From: an uncultured Muribaculaceae bacterium
GTDB lineage: Bacteria > Bacillota_I > Bacilli_A > RF39 > UBA660
Assembly: GCA_964545885.1 (NCBI GenBank)
Contig: CAZJHG010000003.1
Coordinates: forward strand, 1,474 to 65,473
Length of the DNA stretch: 64,000 bases
Direction: 5' to 3'
Shown here: positions 63,113-64,000 of the stretch, piece after piece
Layout: each line of letters begins with the position of its first letter
Position numbering within the stretch: the stretch's first letter is position 1
Notes under the pieces: generated by a model
What the model was told of the DNA's origin: nothing
Databases searched by the model: none
What the model saw: only the letters and a program-made list of their open reading frames with translations
Made by a program: the position numbers and the translations under genes

Positions 63113-64000
63113 ATGGAAAAAATAAAATTTTTATCTTTTTACAAAAGAGAATTAGAACGTATTAACAGATTTAATATTCAAGCATCACCAGAAGAAAACC
63201 AAATATCAGAATATAAATTTCAAAATCAATACTCAGAAAATGAAAGATTAATTCATGCTATAGATTCGATTGAAAGCTCATATAATAATTGTTCTGCAGA
63301 TAATTTAGATTTTGCTGATCAAATAACAATAAATAGTTTTATTAAAGAATTAAGACAAGCAATATTAGATTACATTTATTCTAATAATAAAAATATTTCC
63401 CTAGATATAATAGAAGAAATGATTACGCTAGTAAACTTATATCTTGGTATGCAAGTACTTCATTATCCAGCATTTATTAAATTAACGAATAACCAATACA
63501 TAGATAAAGAGTTATTATCACAATCTAATGAAATAGATTTTGAAATCCCAGATTTTCAAACTACCTTGAAAGAACTTCAAAACCTTCAATTAACTAAATA
63601 CAAAGTAATACCAGAGAAACAAAAGTTTATAAGATTCTATGAAAAAGAATTAAAAAGACTTTATAAATATCAAAATCAAAAAGAAAATAATTATAAAAAT
63701 TATAATGAAGCATCTAACGAGGAAGAAAGACTTATTAAATTAGTATCAAGTATAAAAGAAGTTAAAAAGAAATCATTTACTAAGATAATGAAATCAGGAT
63801 ATGAATATACTCAAAAAGCAGAATTAGCCAACTATATCCAAGACTTAGAATATGCCATCTATAATTATGATAATTATAATCTTGGTATTTTAGAAATGAT
63901 GACTGAAATAGCTAATTTACTACTTAATATAGAAATCCAAAATCCCCAAGCTTTTACAAAATTAATAGATAATAACTATGTAGAAAACTATATATTAACC
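63113..64000 (+). CDS. Hypothetical repeat protein, 3' end outside window
   Basis: ATG 63113 lies 4 nt after the deaminase-like stop, with an AAGGTGA RBS. The frame is open for all 296 codons to the window edge. It contains two ~165-aa homologous modules. Confidence 0.6.
   Translation, partial: MEKIKFLSFYKRELERINRFNIQASPEENQISEYKFQNQYSENERLIHAIDSIESSYNNCSADNLDFADQITINSFIKELRQAILDYIYSNNKNISLDIIEEMITLVNLYLGMQVLHYPAFIKLTNNQYIDKELLSQSNEIDFEIPDFQTTLKELQNLQLTKYKVIPEKQKFIRFYEKELKRLYKYQNQKENNYKNYNEASNEEERLIKLVSSIKEVKKKSFTKIMKSGYEYTQKAELANYIQDLEYAIYNYDNYNLGILEMMTEIANLLLNIEIQNPQAFTKLIDNNYVENYILT

Overview
AT-rich (about 30% G+C by eye) chromosomal segment from a low-GC Bacillota genome. Gene content, GGTGA/GGAGG ribosome-binding sites and many TGnTATAAT extended -10 promoters suggest an Erysipelotrichia- or Clostridia-like organism; this is inference only. 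I call about 72 CDSs, mostly on the + strand, using the standard genetic code. Housekeeping backbone: a PBP fragment, rpmG, efp, murF-ddl, a truncated dcw block (mraZ-rsmH-ftsL-PBP2B with PASTA domains) with a clear MraZ operator, pyk, map, trkA-trkH, a MacB-like ABC transporter, uppP, a long prs-like gene and ldh. Accessory content worth a second look: (1) A surface-protein locus at 21.8-27.1 kb, plus a related gene at 31.0-33.1 kb. It holds a DUF285/BspA-type repeat protein with an internal anchor-plus-signal module, a pilin-like protein, and a SipW-type signal peptidase fused to an ~8-TM domain. Three of its proteins share an NPxTxD C-terminal sorting-like signal, and two genes share a duplicated promoter-leader. 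(2) Three tandem paralogous cytoplasmic HExxH proteins at 34.4-37.1 kb. (3) A solitary MmeI-family Type IIL restriction-modification enzyme. (4) A CsoR-family regulator paired with a His-tailed CDF transporter, preceded by an RcnR/CsoR-style operator. (5) Two paralogous internally duplicated proteins at 52.2-53.8 kb. (6) A short collagen-like protein. (7) A divergent adenosine-deaminase-fold protein coupled to a repeat protein that runs off the window end. I recognised no rRNA, tRNA, CRISPR array, transposase or integrase. All family assignments come from motif recognition by eye; no searches were run.
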